64,000 nucleotides of DNA from a bacterium (GCA_965209155.1 OZ242383.1:3104001-3168000), one strand, 5' to 3'. Positions 1-10,173 are shown, counted from the first letter of the stretch. Numbers and translations are program-made. The notes: generated by a model from the letters alone, not told the origin.

Positions 1-273
1 AATGACGGTGGGAATGGTGATCAATACGGTGTTCCACAGATAGCTCCACATAGGGGTAGTCGTAAACACAGCATTGAAATTCTCAAAGAACATGATTTCT
101 GTCGGCCATCCCCAAAAATTGCCTTTTAGAATGTCATCTAAAGAACGAGCCGAGGTCAAAGTCACGGCAAAAATGGGAACCAGCCAAAGGATTAAGACCA
201 CCGGTACTGCAATTTTATAGGTCGATTGTGTGAGAGGGGATGTTTTTTCAATGGGTGTAGGAAACATAATCAA
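1..273 (-). CDS. Carbohydrate ABC transporter permease (MalG-like), 5' part only; runs off the window
   Basis: Near-identical to the 5' end of 37028..37885 (MFPTPIEKTSPLTQSTYKIAVPVVLILWLVP); start TTG 273 or ATG 267. Confidence 0.85.
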   Translation of the reverse strand, partial: MIMFPTPIEKTSPLTQSTYKIAVPVVLILWLVPIFAVTLTSARSLDDILKGNFWGWPTEIMFFENFNAVFTTTPMWSYLWNTVLITIPTVI

Positions 274-1136
274 GCCCTTTCTTCACGAACCATTCTAGAG
301 AGAAAACAGGCAATATACACAGCCATGATCAAAAACAAGATAACCGCAATGGCTGCTCCATACCCCATTCTGAAATTGAGAATCGCTTGTTCGTACATAA
401 AAAAGGCCAAGACGCTGGAACTGTTATAGGGCCCTCCTAACGTCATAATGGCGACTGTATCAAAACTTCGTAAAGAACCAATGACCGTCACCACAATTGC
501 AATAAAGGTGGCTGGGCGGAGTTGAGGAACGATAATATACCAAAGCATCGTCCATCCTTTGGCTCCATCAATTTGAGCTGCTTCAATCAAATCTGGATTG
601 ATCACATTGAGCCCTGTCAAGTAAAGGATCATGCAGTAGGCGATTTGGGGCCACATCCCTGCGGCGATGACGGCATAAGTGGCTTGGCCCTCTTCAGAGA
701 GAGGGGCGATAGGATCGATTCCAAAGATTCCTAGAAATTCATTGAGAAGACCTCCATCAGGTGCATAAAACCAGGAGAACACCAAACCCACCACCACCTG
801 GGAAATGACAAAAGGAAAAAAGAATAATGATTTGACCGCCCGGATTCCTCTGATTTTCTGATTTAAAAAAAGGGCAATCGCCAACCCAATGGCAGGAGAA
901 GTGAGGAAAAGCAGAAGCCAAATGATGTTATTTTGAACAGAGACCCAAAACACTTCATCATCAAACAATTCGATATAGTTCCCCCACCCAACGAATATTG
1001 GTTCCGCCATGCCATCCCATTCGTGAAAACTAACCCAAAAACTACGAACAATAGGATAGAGGACATAGATGGAAAAAAGGATGAGTCCCGGAAGCAAAAA
1101 GAGCCATGGTGTAAGCGGTTTTTCATTAGACATCAT
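270..1136 (-). CDS. Carbohydrate ABC transporter permease (MalF/UgpA-like)
   Basis: Multiple TM segments, EAA loop (LIEAAQIDGA), PWLFLLPG start, GYGAAIAV end. Confidence 0.93.
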   Translation of the reverse strand: MMSNEKPLTPWLFLLPGLILFSIYVLYPIVRSFWVSFHEWDGMAEPIFVGWGNYIELFDDEVFWVSVQNNIIWLLLFLTSPAIGLAIALFLNQKIRGIRAVKSLFFFPFVISQVVVGLVFSWFYAPDGGLLNEFLGIFGIDPIAPLSEEGQATYAVIAAGMWPQIAYCMILYLTGLNVINPDLIEAAQIDGAKGWTMLWYIIVPQLRPATFIAIVVTVIGSLRSFDTVAIMTLGGPYNSSSVLAFFMYEQAILNFRMGYGAAIAVILFLIMAVYIACFLSRMVREERA

Positions 1137-1167
1137 GGACCCTTATGAATGCTGTATCTTGAAAGGT

Positions 1168-1207
1168 GGCAGATGAATATTCCGTGTTTCCAAGCCATTC
1201 ATCTGCC
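1168..1207 (-). promoter_or_regulatory. Intercistronic stem-loop after the binding-protein gene
   Basis: GGCAGATGAAT...ATTCATCTGCC inverted repeat; equivalent at 38780..38820. Confidence 0.6.
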
Positions 1208-1222
1208 CATGAGCGGAGATCA

Positions 1223-2503
1223 CTATTTCTTGAAAATCCGTTTCCTGGATTTATCCAGTCTTGTTAAGATCTTGTCCAGACGATCGGGTTTATCCATATA
1301 CTCCTGAAAGCCTTTCATCCCTTCTGTTGCCATTTCAGGTTTGCTATCTCGATCATAGAATTGGGCAGTAGCAGCTGCGGAGGCAAGAACCTTTGCTCCG
1401 ATTTCCAAGAAGCGGTCGGGTTTGGGTTTCGCTTTTGTATTGGGAGGGAGCATGCTCATTGCACTGTTCAACTTAGATTGCACATCTGCTCTCCCGATAA
1501 AAGCCATGAATTTTTTGGCATTTGCTTTATTTTTGGCGCCTTTTGGAATGGCCACAATTTCAGTAGGAGCATCTTCGAATTTAGGAAGATTAGGATTGAT
1601 GGTGGGGAATTGGAAATAGTCAATCTTGGCCAAATCCTCTGCGGCCATACCCCACACCACAAAATTTCCAATCAAATACATTGCTGCTTTGCCTTGAAGA
1701 AGAGCAGGTATGGCTTCTTGCCAGGAATACGAAGTGTGGTTTTCAATGAAGTATCCTGGATCCAGCAATTCTCTCCATTTGGCAAACACATCTTTCACGC
1801 GTTGATCCGTATAGGAGGCGTTGCCTGCTAACAATTCTCGATGGAAATCCATTCCATTGATCCGAAAGTTCAAGTAATCAAACCAACCTGCCGCTGTCCA
1901 ATAATGTTTAGTTCCAATCGTAATGGGAGTGATGCCATTGGATTTCAACGTCGCACAGGCTTTCAAAAATTCATCCCAGGTTGTAGGAACCGCAATGCCA
2001 TACTTTTCAAAGAGGTCTTTGCGATAATATACTCCCCATTGATAGTATGCCCAGGGCACCGCATACTGTTTGCCATCAAAGGTAATCGGACCACGAGAGG
2101 AGGGAAAATCATCATGCATATTATTGGCATCCCACACATCGCTGATATCTTCGATCAATCCTCGGCTGACGAAGGTATTCAATCGCTCTCCAGCAAACCA
2201 ATTGACCACATCGGGTGGCTCACTCGTTAACCAGTTTCTGATGGAAGTTTTATAACTTTCATGATCGTAAGTGTTGAATTCAACTTCCACTTCAGGATGG
2301 GCTTTTTTGAAATCCTCCACCAATTCCGTCCATGCTTTTTTAGGAGCAGGATCGGCTTGGTTGTTATTGATCACCAGTTTGCCCGCAAAAGCCACCGAGC
2401 CCATCGCCAGAGCAATCGCCCCCGACACACCAACCAGCATCCATTTTTTTATTTTTTTCCTGATCTTTTTCATAATAATTTCTCCAAATACGATTGATTT
2501 CAT
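1223..2503 (-). CDS. Sugar ABC transporter substrate-binding protein (alternative start 2473)
   Basis: Signal peptide ending AFA; family-1 SBP motifs YYRKDLFEKYG, PTTWDEF, GKAAM. Confidence 0.92.
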   Translation of the reverse strand: MKSIVFGEIIMKKIRKKIKKWMLVGVSGAIALAMGSVAFAGKLVINNNQADPAPKKAWTELVEDFKKAHPEVEVEFNTYDHESYKTSIRNWLTSEPPDVVNWFAGERLNTFVSRGLIEDISDVWDANNMHDDFPSSRGPITFDGKQYAVPWAYYQWGVYYRKDLFEKYGIAVPTTWDEFLKACATLKSNGITPITIGTKHYWTAAGWFDYLNFRINGMDFHRELLAGNASYTDQRVKDVFAKWRELLDPGYFIENHTSYSWQEAIPALLQGKAAMYLIGNFVVWGMAAEDLAKIDYFQFPTINPNLPKFEDAPTEIVAIPKGAKNKANAKKFMAFIGRADVQSKLNSAMSMLPPNTKAKPKPDRFLEIGAKVLASAAATAQFYDRDSKPEMATEGMKGFQEYMDKPDRLDKILTRLDKSRKRIFKK

Positions 2504-2518
2504 AATTATCTCCCAAAT

Positions 2519-2704
2519 CTAGTACTGCCCGGTGAAAATAAGTTTACAGTTAATCACATTTGACAATCTATTCAGTTGTCATTCCTGGCTTGACCAGGAA
2601 TCCAGAGGGCTTTCTGTGAATCCTGGATGCCGGATCATCCCGGACTCGATCCGGGACCGGCATGACACTGTGGCTGTAAACGCACTTTTGCCCTACGGCA
2701 CTAG
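2519..2704. mobile_element. MITE-like element with CTAG ends and internal REP-like palindromes
   Basis: 31-bp imperfect terminal inverted repeats (21/31 match), both ending CTAG; internal GTCATTCCTGGCTTGACCAGGAATC and TCCCGGACTCGATCCGGGA hairpins; absent upstream of the paralogous gene at 40081. Confidence 0.65.
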
Positions 2705-2852
2705 TTTTTTTAAGATTGAAGGAATAAATATTCTTTGCTCTGCTAACGTGATTTCCCCATAGGCTTCTCCTGATAAGGCAGTGAATGAAAAATTTCCACC
2801 ATCCGCTGCTTCTGGAAGGGGATGGATGGACAATCAGCTTAGGGATACAGCT

Positions 2853-3055
2853 TCAAGCAGTGTGCCATTTTTGAGATTATTCAGTTAACTTATTGTAATT
2901 ATTAACTAATTTTGACAAGAGGGAGGGTTGGGTATGCGAAGCAAGTGTCTAGATTTATTGACATTACTAGATCGGGAATAGCGGTTAACTCATTGATATT
3001 AAATATTTAAACAACAAAATCTAGATTTTAAGACATATGTCTCATATTCTGGACA
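2853..3055 (-). promoter_or_regulatory. Sigma54 promoter 1 with IHF-like site and three upstream palindromes
   Basis: -24/-12 TGGCACACTGCTTGA (2867..2853); 18-bp TGTC-N10-GACA-type sites at 2946, 3018, 3038; IHF consensus match 2986..2998. Confidence 0.75.
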
Positions 3056-3315
3056 TTTTTAAATTCTATTATTTACTGATTTTACGTAAATAGGTTTTGC
3101 AAGCAGATCATACTTCCTCCCTTGGATGATTCAGGGACAAAGGGACAAATCACGCCAAATTCTTTAAAAGTCACTTCTGAGGGTATAATAAAAGAGGGGA
3201 ATCATCGGATAAAAATATTGAGGGAACGAGGCATTGATGTAGACTCTCTTCCTCGTGAAATTATTGAGAAACAAGATAATGAATTTTCTTGAGACCCACA
3301 ACTGGGAGAGAGTTT

Positions 3316-3825
3316 ATGTTATCAAAACTATACTGGATTGAAGGACCTTGGGAGGGGAAGCTTGCCATTACTCCTCGTCCTAGAGGCCATGAATGGATCG
3401 AAGATGAAATATTACTTTGGAAAGATTCAGAGCTTGATGTCATTGTTTCCCTGTTAACCAGGGAAGAAACCGTCACTTTAGGCTTGGAAGAAGAAGAGAG
3501 TTTTTGTTTAAAATTCGATTTGGAATTTATATCTTTCCCCATTGTTGACCGTGATATACCGGATTCTATGTTGAAAACATTAAATTTAGTGAAGGAGTTA
3601 CACGCTAAATTATCTGACGGTAAAAAGATCGCCATCCATTGTAGGCAAGGGATTGGTCGAGCTGCCATAATTGCTTCTGCTTTATTAGTTTTCGCAGGGG
3701 TTGATCCTGAGAAATCATTTGTTTCAGTGAGTCAGGCTCGAGGATGTTCTGTTCCCGAAACCGCAGACCAAAAAGATTGGATAAAAGGATTTGCTGAGAA
3801 CTTGATACCACTGACGATGGCATAG
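3316..3825 (+). CDS. Dual-specificity/protein-tyrosine phosphatase family protein
   Basis: HCRQGIGR (CX5R) motif, PIVD acid loop, PET..Q motif; ATG 3316 preferred over TTG 3289. Confidence 0.88.
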   Translation: MLSKLYWIEGPWEGKLAITPRPRGHEWIEDEILLWKDSELDVIVSLLTREETVTLGLEEEESFCLKFDLEFISFPIVDRDIPDSMLKTLNLVKELHAKLSDGKKIAIHCRQGIGRAAIIASALLVFAGVDPEKSFVSVSQARGCSVPETADQKDWIKGFAENLIPLTMA

Positions 3826-3867
3826 ATCCATAAAGAATAATATTTCAAATACTATTAAATTCTATTT

Positions 3868-6800
3868 TTAAGTTCCTGGGATGGTCTGAATTCCGTATTT
3901 TTTCATCTTATTGTAGAGGGCTGCGCGGGAGATTCCCAGGACGGCAGCGGTTTTTACCTTGTGGCCCTGGGAATTTTTCAGGGCATTGAGAATCGTCGCT
4001 TTTTCACAATCCGCGAGGGCTTGATCCAGCGCCATTTTCCCATGGTTGATGGTGTCTCCAAAATTTGAAGTTTCGCTGATTTTGGAATTTATCCGTTCCC
4101 CCAGAAAATCGACCTCTCCCTGGGAGACATAGCGATGCAGAGTGTTTTGCAACTCCCGGACATTGCCCGGCCAATCGTAAGCTTGCAGGGCTTCCAGAAA
4201 TCCTGGTGTGATGGGCTTTCCTTGTTGAAGCGGTGCCGTGGATTTCAAAAAATGCTCGACCAGCAGAGGGATATCCTCTTTTCTTTCCCGGAGCGGGGGC
4301 AGGCGAATGGGAAAGACATGAATCCGGTAATAGAAATCTTCTCGAATTTGCCCCGTCTTTACCCGGTGACCCAGGTCGTGGTTTGAAGCCGCGATGAACC
4401 GGATATTGGGCTTGATGACCTCGGTGGTGCCAAGTGGGGTAAAGCCGTTGCCCTCCAGGACACGAAGCAGTTTAACCTGCAGGTTCAGCCCGATATCGGC
4501 CAGTTCATCCAAGAACAAAGTCCCTTTGTCGGTCAGGTGCAGGAAACCGCGCTGATCGCTGTCGGCCCCGGTGAAAGCGCCTTTTTTGTGTCCAAAGAAC
4601 TCGTTCTCGATCAGGTTTTCGGAAATGGCTCCGAGGTTCACCGGGAAAAACACTTGCTCCTTGCGGTCACTGGCCTCGTGAATGGCCCGGGAGACCAGTT
4701 CTTTCCCGGTTCCCGATTCGCCGTAGAGGATCACGTTCATATCGGTGGCCGCCGCTTGTAAAATCAACTCGTATACCCGTTGCATGGGCTCGCTTTTTCC
4801 GATAATGTCGCCAAACCGAAAGCGGTCTTTGGTGCGGGCTCGCAGGCGGACATTTTCCTCACGCAGGGAGGTTTCGCTCGCTTTCAGCTCGTCCAGCGCC
4901 TTTTTGAGGTCTTCGTGAAGCCTGGCATTTTCCAGGGAAATGGCGATCTGGGAGCTAAGATGCTTGATCACCTCGAGTCGCCGGGGGGTGAAGGCTCCCT
5001 CTACCAGGTTATTTTCCAGGTAAATGATGCCGCTCAAGGCGGACTGATGAGTGATTGGTGCGCACAGGATCGATTTGGGGCGCTCCCTCCGGATATAGTC
5101 ATCCCCGGCAAACCGTTCTTCCCGGGAGGTGTTGTCTAAAACCAGGTGTTCCCGGGTTTGTTTCACCCAGGAGATGACCGAGAGGGAGAGAGATTGGGCC
5201 TTTTCCACAGGCAGGGAAAGCGGTAGAAAACATTCGACTTGCTCGGCACTCCCGCGAGCAGCGATGAGAGACTGACCTTCGGTTTCCAGAATCAGGGCTG
5301 CCGTCTGAGCCCCGGCATTTTCTATGAGAATGCCAAGCAGGATCTCCAGCAGTGGTTCCAGCTCGAGGGTACTGGAGATGGCCTCCGAGGCTTTGAGAAT
5401 GGTCGCCAGATCCAGGTTGGCCGAAGGAGACACCGCCCCTTCGGCACGATCATCGGCAATCAACCCGGAATATCGAGACTTAAGATGCGCGACCTTTCGT
5501 TTTGCCCCCCAGGCTTCGTACTGCTCCATTGCTGAGCGCAGGTAAGAGCTGGCGGCGACGTTCTGCCCCTGGCTGAGCAAGTACCTGGCAGCCAGCTCAT
5601 TGGCCAGGGCTTCCTCGTGGATAAACTCGCTCTCCCTGGCCAAAGCGATGGCCTGGTCATAGTGGTGCATAATGGTATCGGGTTCACCCTCCAAAACTCG
5701 CATTCGTTCGGCTTCCACCAGGTGGTATTTATGCAAATAATTGGATGGTGCGCAGCGCGCCAGTTTCTCCAACGTCTCCTGATTGTCATGGACCTGGGTG
5801 AGGATCTGTTCCTTTACCCCGTCAGGCACCTGGTCGAAATCCGCCAGGAGAGCGAGGGAGAGGTAGCAGTTGGCCTGGGATTCAATAAAGGCATACTTGT
5901 AGGTTTTCATCAGGTTGATCATTTCAAAAACCGTCTCCCGGGCAGCTTCGTATTCTTCGAACAGGGTTTGCAGCACCAGTTTTTGGTAATTAAAACAGCT
6001 ATGTTCATTATATACGTACTCTGCACTCGTCACCCTATGGTATTGATCCATGATGCTGGTCGACAGGGTCGAAGGTTCATCCAACAGAATCGTGACCGCC
6101 TTTGTCAGCATTTCCACCCGGGGAGACCCGATAATAAAATCGATCTTCTTGAGATCAGCCTTCAGCGTCGATAATTCCCCTTTCAGCCAATTCAGCTCTT
6201 TCCCGCACATGAACGCTAACTGACATCTTTTGACGGCACCATGACCGGCATTGTAGAAATCTCCCGTTTCGATTCCCATCTTGTGAGCTTCCAGCAAGGG
6301 ATCCAATGACGCCGATAACGGCTCCCGGTAGAAGCGGATATGGCCGTTGAAAATCCTGGAAACTCTACAGTGTATTTCCTTCAGATCAAACGCTGCCATG
6401 ATCTGCATGCCCAGACGACCGAGTTCATAACCAAAATCAAAATCCTGCATAAACTCGCAATAGATCATTCCAAGGCTACAATAGAAGTCGGGTGAATATT
6501 CCGGATGAAAATAATTAAGCAGCAAAGAGATGCGTTTTAAAGCGGCGGGCTGCCAAAGACCGACATCCGGAGTAATCCCAGTCTCGCCAAATGAGTGAAA
6601 GAGTTCATTTAGGATACGGACAGGGACCTCGGCATCCGGTTGGGTGAGCCGCTCAAACTGCATCACTTCTTCGACGCTTTTACCGGCCAGGCCGGATTTG
6701 ATTTGAGCGAGGGCCTGCTGCCATTGGCCGGGAGACAAACGGCTCAGTTTACATCCCAGTTTCTCCAGAATTTCCTCGCCCGTTTCCAGGGCCTTCTTTA

Positions 6801-9800
6801 ATTCACCCCGGGTGGTGTATGCCTTGATCAGGCATTGATAAACATTGGCCAGGTCCGGGTCCTTTTGGGCGTTGTCTTTTACGGCACCGGCCAGCTTCTC
6901 CATCAGGTCGAAGCGGCTGCAGAGCCATGACATCTCCGTGGCTTCCTCATGCAGGGATAAGGCCAGGGGGTATTGCCATTTCCAGGCGGCGGCTCCTGAA
7001 AGGTCCAGGCCGATGGTAAAATATTCCAGGGCCTGTTCAAAAGCCGAAGCCGCCCTGGCCTGACGACCGGCTTCCAGGTTGAGTTCGGCCAGGTGCGATC
7101 GGTCTTTCCATTTATCCTTCAACCCCCGGGCCAGGTTGAGATGGTGGACGATGTCAAAAAGCAGAGCGTCACTTTTTCCGGGAGCATATTGCTTGAGCAG
7201 GGTCTGACCGATTCGAAGATGGACCGGCTTTCTCTCCTTTTGGGCAATGAGGGCATAAGCAGCCTGCTGCACCCGGTCATGCAGGAATTTGAAGCTGCTG
7301 TGATCCGAGGTCGCTCCGGTGGTCGGATCATCCAGTTCAGGGGCCCGGGAAAAACCAGTGATCAACCCCTTTTCCAGGGCCGGCAACAGGTTGTCGTATA
7401 TCTCCCTGCTTCCAGCGCCGCTGATCAGTCCCAGCGATTCCAGGTCAAAGGTATTGCCGATGCAGGCCGCCAGGCATAAGAGTCGCCTGGTTTCAGAGGA
7501 AAAACCATGGAGCTGGTCAACCAGCAAATCCACCACATTCTCGGTCACCGCCAGGAATTCGATGGCAGCCAGGTCCCAGGTCCATCGTTTTTCCTCAGGG
7601 GAGTAACCGATCAGTTCCTTTTCGGAGAGTACGGTCAAAAACTGGCACACAAAGAAAGGATTGCCGCCGGTTTTGCGCACCAGGACCTCTGCCAGTGGTT
7701 TGGCCTCCTCAGCACGGCAGTGGCAGGTATGGACGAGCAAATGTGAAATGTCCTCCGGGTTCAGGGGCTTTAAGGGGATCGTTTGCAGCGGCTGGCCAGT
7801 TTTTTTGATCACCTCACGACTGATCATCAGCCGGTGATCGGCATCCACCTCGTTGTCGCGATAGGCTCCCAGGAAAAGCAGAGGTTTCCTTTCGGGATGC
7901 TGAGCGATGCGTTCCACCAGCTTGAGAGTATCAGCGTCCACCCACTGCAAGTCGTCCAGAAAAATAATCAGGGGATGGTTTTTTTTACAGAAAAGGCCGA
8001 TGAATTCCAGTAAAACGGTTGTGAAGCGGTTGCGGGACTCCAGCGCTCCCATTTCCGGCAGCGGTGGTTGCGGACCGATCACCTGTTCCAGTTCCGGGAT
8101 CACCCGGGTCACCAGTTGTCCGTTGGGTCCCAGGGCAGCCCGTATCCTGTTTTTCCAACGCTCCATTCCGGATTTCTCTTCGACTGATACCTCCCGGATG
8201 AGCCCCCGCAGCGCCTGGATCAGGGCGCTGTAGGGGATATTGTGCCGGAGCTGGTCAAACTTGCCGGAGATGAAGAAACCGTTTTTTTGGGCAACGGACT
8301 TATAGTTTTCTACGACCAGTGCGGTTTTGCCGACACCAGCGCTTCCAGAGACCAACACCATCTCGGTCGCTCCCTGGCTGACTCGCTCCAGGGCGGCCTC
8401 CAGGGCGGCGATTTCATCCTTCCGGCCATAAAGCCCCGGGGCGATCTGCAGCTCTTTCGGGATGTCATGGCGACCCAAGGGAAAGTCGGGCAGGCTCCCC
8501 TGGTTTTCCAGTTGCTCCAGACAAGTCAGGAGATCGGCTGAAAGGCCCGAGTGACTCTGGTAGCGCGCCTCGGCACGCTTGGCCATCAGTTTCATCACCA
8601 TATTAGAAAGGGGTTTAGGCACCCGCGGAGCGATCTGGTCCAGGGGTACGGGTTGCCGGGCAATGTGAGCGTGGATGATTTCCATGGCCTCCCGAGAGTG
8701 GAAAGGCACTCTCCCGCTGAAAAGCTCATAAAGGGTGGCGCCCAGGGAATAAAAATCACTGCGATAATCGAGTACCCGATTCATCCGGCCGGTCTGCTCG
8801 GGGGAGATATAGGGCAGAGTTTCCCCGCTTAGCTGGGGACTCAACGTCGTCAAATTTTCCCGGGGCAGCCGAGTGGCCAGGCCGAAGCCGGTCAGTTTGA
8901 TGTTTCCCGATCCTGGATCAACAAAAATATTGAACGGATTGATCATTTTATGCAGGATGCCCTGCCGGTGCACTTCTTTCAGGGTGCTGATCAGTGAAAG
9001 CGCTACCTTCAGCGAGTCCAGCAGGTCGAGCCGGGCTAAGTCCATCAACTTTCTTAAAGGGAGCCCTACGGTGTTTTCCAGGATCAAGGCCCATCCGTTT
9101 TCACACGCCACCAGTACCTCTGCCCCGAGGACCCCATCGATCTTAAGAGCCTGAGTGATCTCATGCTCATGCCGCATTTCCGCCAGCTCCTGCGCGCTCT
9201 GCTGAGGGGAAGCCGATCCCTTGATCAGGACCCAAAGCCCATCGCTTTGTCGCCTGCCGCGCCAAAGCCTGGTCCGACTGCTTTCAAAAATGACCTCCTC
9301 CAGCGAATAACCCGGAATCTCGGGTTTTTTCCCGCCGTGAATCGTTTGTTCTATTAGTGGATACGACTCTTTTATTGACCTCGGTGGCGTTTCCATTCCC
9401 AGTCCGTCAGAGATTGTTTCCTTGGACCGTTCAGGCATATTGAAGCTTTTCAGCAGCTCCTCCATAAAACTCTGGTTCTTTTCGATTTCGCGGATTTTTC
9501 CCAGCATTCTCCGGGCAGCATGGTAGTTCAAACCACTCATCTCAGAGAACTGTTTGGCCGTTACCTCTTTCTTCCGCTCGTTTACCAGGTAGATCCCCCA
9601 GAACCAAAAACGAAGAGGAGTCCGTGTCTTGCGCATCAACGTCCCTGCCGTTACGGAGGTTTGATGTTTGCATCTTTTACACTGTAATAAACTCCGTTTG
9701 GGCATGTCGTAAAAACCATCGTGCCCGCATTCGGGGCACCGAAAACCTCCTGGCCAGCAAAGGTTGAACAAATGGCGACGGCATATATCGTCATCGTGAA

Positions 9801-9855
9801 AATAGGTCTTCCACCCTTCGAAGGAAATCAGTGGCTTTGGATCCGTCATTTTCAC
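3868..9855 (-). CDS. Giant sigma54 activator 1: IS1595 Zn-ribbon/HTH + pseudokinase + STAND AAA + GAF + sigma54 AAA+ + Fis HTH
   Basis: [41 protein letters not shown] and FLDDLQW; GAF (CAPI..GIIYLEN); [30 protein letters not shown]-terminal HTH. Confidence 0.92.
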   Translation of the reverse strand: MKMTDPKPLISFEGWKTYFHDDDICRRHLFNLCWPGGFRCPECGHDGFYDMPKRSLLQCKRCKHQTSVTAGTLMRKTRTPLRFWFWGIYLVNERKKEVTAKQFSEMSGLNYHAARRMLGKIREIEKNQSFMEELLKSFNMPERSKETISDGLGMETPPRSIKESYPLIEQTIHGGKKPEIPGYSLEEVIFESSRTRLWRGRRQSDGLWVLIKGSASPQQSAQELAEMRHEHEITQALKIDGVLGAEVLVACENGWALILENTVGLPLRKLMDLARLDLLDSLKVALSLISTLKEVHRQGILHKMINPFNIFVDPGSGNIKLTGFGLATRLPRENLTTLSPQLSGETLPYISPEQTGRMNRVLDYRSDFYSLGATLYELFSGRVPFHSREAMEIIHAHIARQPVPLDQIAPRVPKPLSNMVMKLMAKRAEARYQSHSGLSADLLTCLEQLENQGSLPDFPLGRHDIPKELQIAPGLYGRKDEIAALEAALERVSQGATEMVLVSGSAGVGKTALVVENYKSVAQKNGFFISGKFDQLRHNIPYSALIQALRGLIREVSVEEKSGMERWKNRIRAALGPNGQLVTRVIPELEQVIGPQPPLPEMGALESRNRFTTVLLEFIGLFCKKNHPLIIFLDDLQWVDADTLKLVERIAQHPERKPLLFLGAYRDNEVDADHRLMISREVIKKTGQPLQTIPLKPLNPEDISHLLVHTCHCRAEEAKPLAEVLVRKTGGNPFFVCQFLTVLSEKELIGYSPEEKRWTWDLAAIEFLAVTENVVDLLVDQLHGFSSETRRLLCLAACIGNTFDLESLGLISGAGSREIYDNLLPALEKGLITGFSRAPELDDPTTGATSDHSSFKFLHDRVQQAAYALIAQKERKPVHLRIGQTLLKQYAPGKSDALLFDIVHHLNLARGLKDKWKDRSHLAELNLEAGRQARAASAFEQALEYFTIGLDLSGAAAWKWQYPLALSLHEEATEMSWLCSRFDLMEKLAGAVKDNAQKDPDLANVYQCLIKAYTTRGELKKALETGEEILEKLGCKLSRLSPGQWQQALAQIKSGLAGKSVEEVMQFERLTQPDAEVPVRILNELFHSFGETGITPDVGLWQPAALKRISLLLNYFHPEYSPDFYCSLGMIYCEFMQDFDFGYELGRLGMQIMAAFDLKEIHCRVSRIFNGHIRFYREPLSASLDPLLEAHKMGIETGDFYNAGHGAVKRCQLAFMCGKELNWLKGELSTLKADLKKIDFIIGSPRVEMLTKAVTILLDEPSTLSTSIMDQYHRVTSAEYVYNEHSCFNYQKLVLQTLFEEYEAARETVFEMINLMKTYKYAFIESQANCYLSLALLADFDQVPDGVKEQILTQVHDNQETLEKLARCAPSNYLHKYHLVEAERMRVLEGEPDTIMHHYDQAIALARESEFIHEEALANELAARYLLSQGQNVAASSYLRSAMEQYEAWGAKRKVAHLKSRYSGLIADDRAEGAVSPSANLDLATILKASEAISSTLELEPLLEILLGILIENAGAQTAALILETEGQSLIAARGSAEQVECFLPLSLPVEKAQSLSLSVISWVKQTREHLVLDNTSREERFAGDDYIRRERPKSILCAPITHQSALSGIIYLENNLVEGAFTPRRLEVIKHLSSQIAISLENARLHEDLKKALDELKASETSLREENVRLRARTKDRFRFGDIIGKSEPMQRVYELILQAAATDMNVILYGESGTGKELVSRAIHEASDRKEQVFFPVNLGAISENLIENEFFGHKKGAFTGADSDQRGFLHLTDKGTLFLDELADIGLNLQVKLLRVLEGNGFTPLGTTEVIKPNIRFIAASNHDLGHRVKTGQIREDFYYRIHVFPIRLPPLRERKEDIPLLVEHFLKSTAPLQQGKPITPGFLEALQAYDWPGNVRELQNTLHRYVSQGEVDFLGERINSKISETSNFGDTINHGKMALDQALADCEKATILNALKNSQGHKVKTAAVLGISRAALYNKMKKYGIQTIPGT

Positions 9856-10122
9856 CTCTTGATCAATAGTTCCGCAAAATAAGCGGATTAGGTATAAAGA
9901 GACTGCGGAAATAATCTACAATTTTTTGTAGGCGGATTAGACGAAAATATCATGATGGCGGATTTAATGCAACAAATCGAAGAAATCAGTGGCTTTGGAT
10001 CCGTCATTTTCACCTCTTGATCGATAGTTCCGCAAAAGAAGCGGATTAGATACAAAGAGACTGCGGAGATAATCTACAATTTTTTGTTGGCGGATTAGAA
10101 AGACGTCATTATGAAAGATTTA
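9824..10122. repeat. Tandem duplication, period 158 bp, covering the start and upstream region of activator 1
   Basis: GAAATCAGTGGCTTTGGATCCGTCATTTTCACCTCTTGATC at 9824 and 9982; repeated GCGGA(T/A/G) motifs. Confidence 0.9.
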
Positions 10123-10173
10123 TCCTTCAAGGAATGGGGGAAGGGTATCGCAAGGAGTTTCATCAAGGAAACA

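Noticed and set aside
4135..9357. Many plus-strand ORFs inside the activators and other long genes
   Set aside because: Antisense shadows; they recur only because the host genes are paralogous
9480..9855. Intact IS1595 or integrase/prophage at the activator 5' ends
   Set aside because: No DDE or tyrosine-recombinase catalytic domain, no second end or phage genes; only the DNA-binding parts are fused in frame
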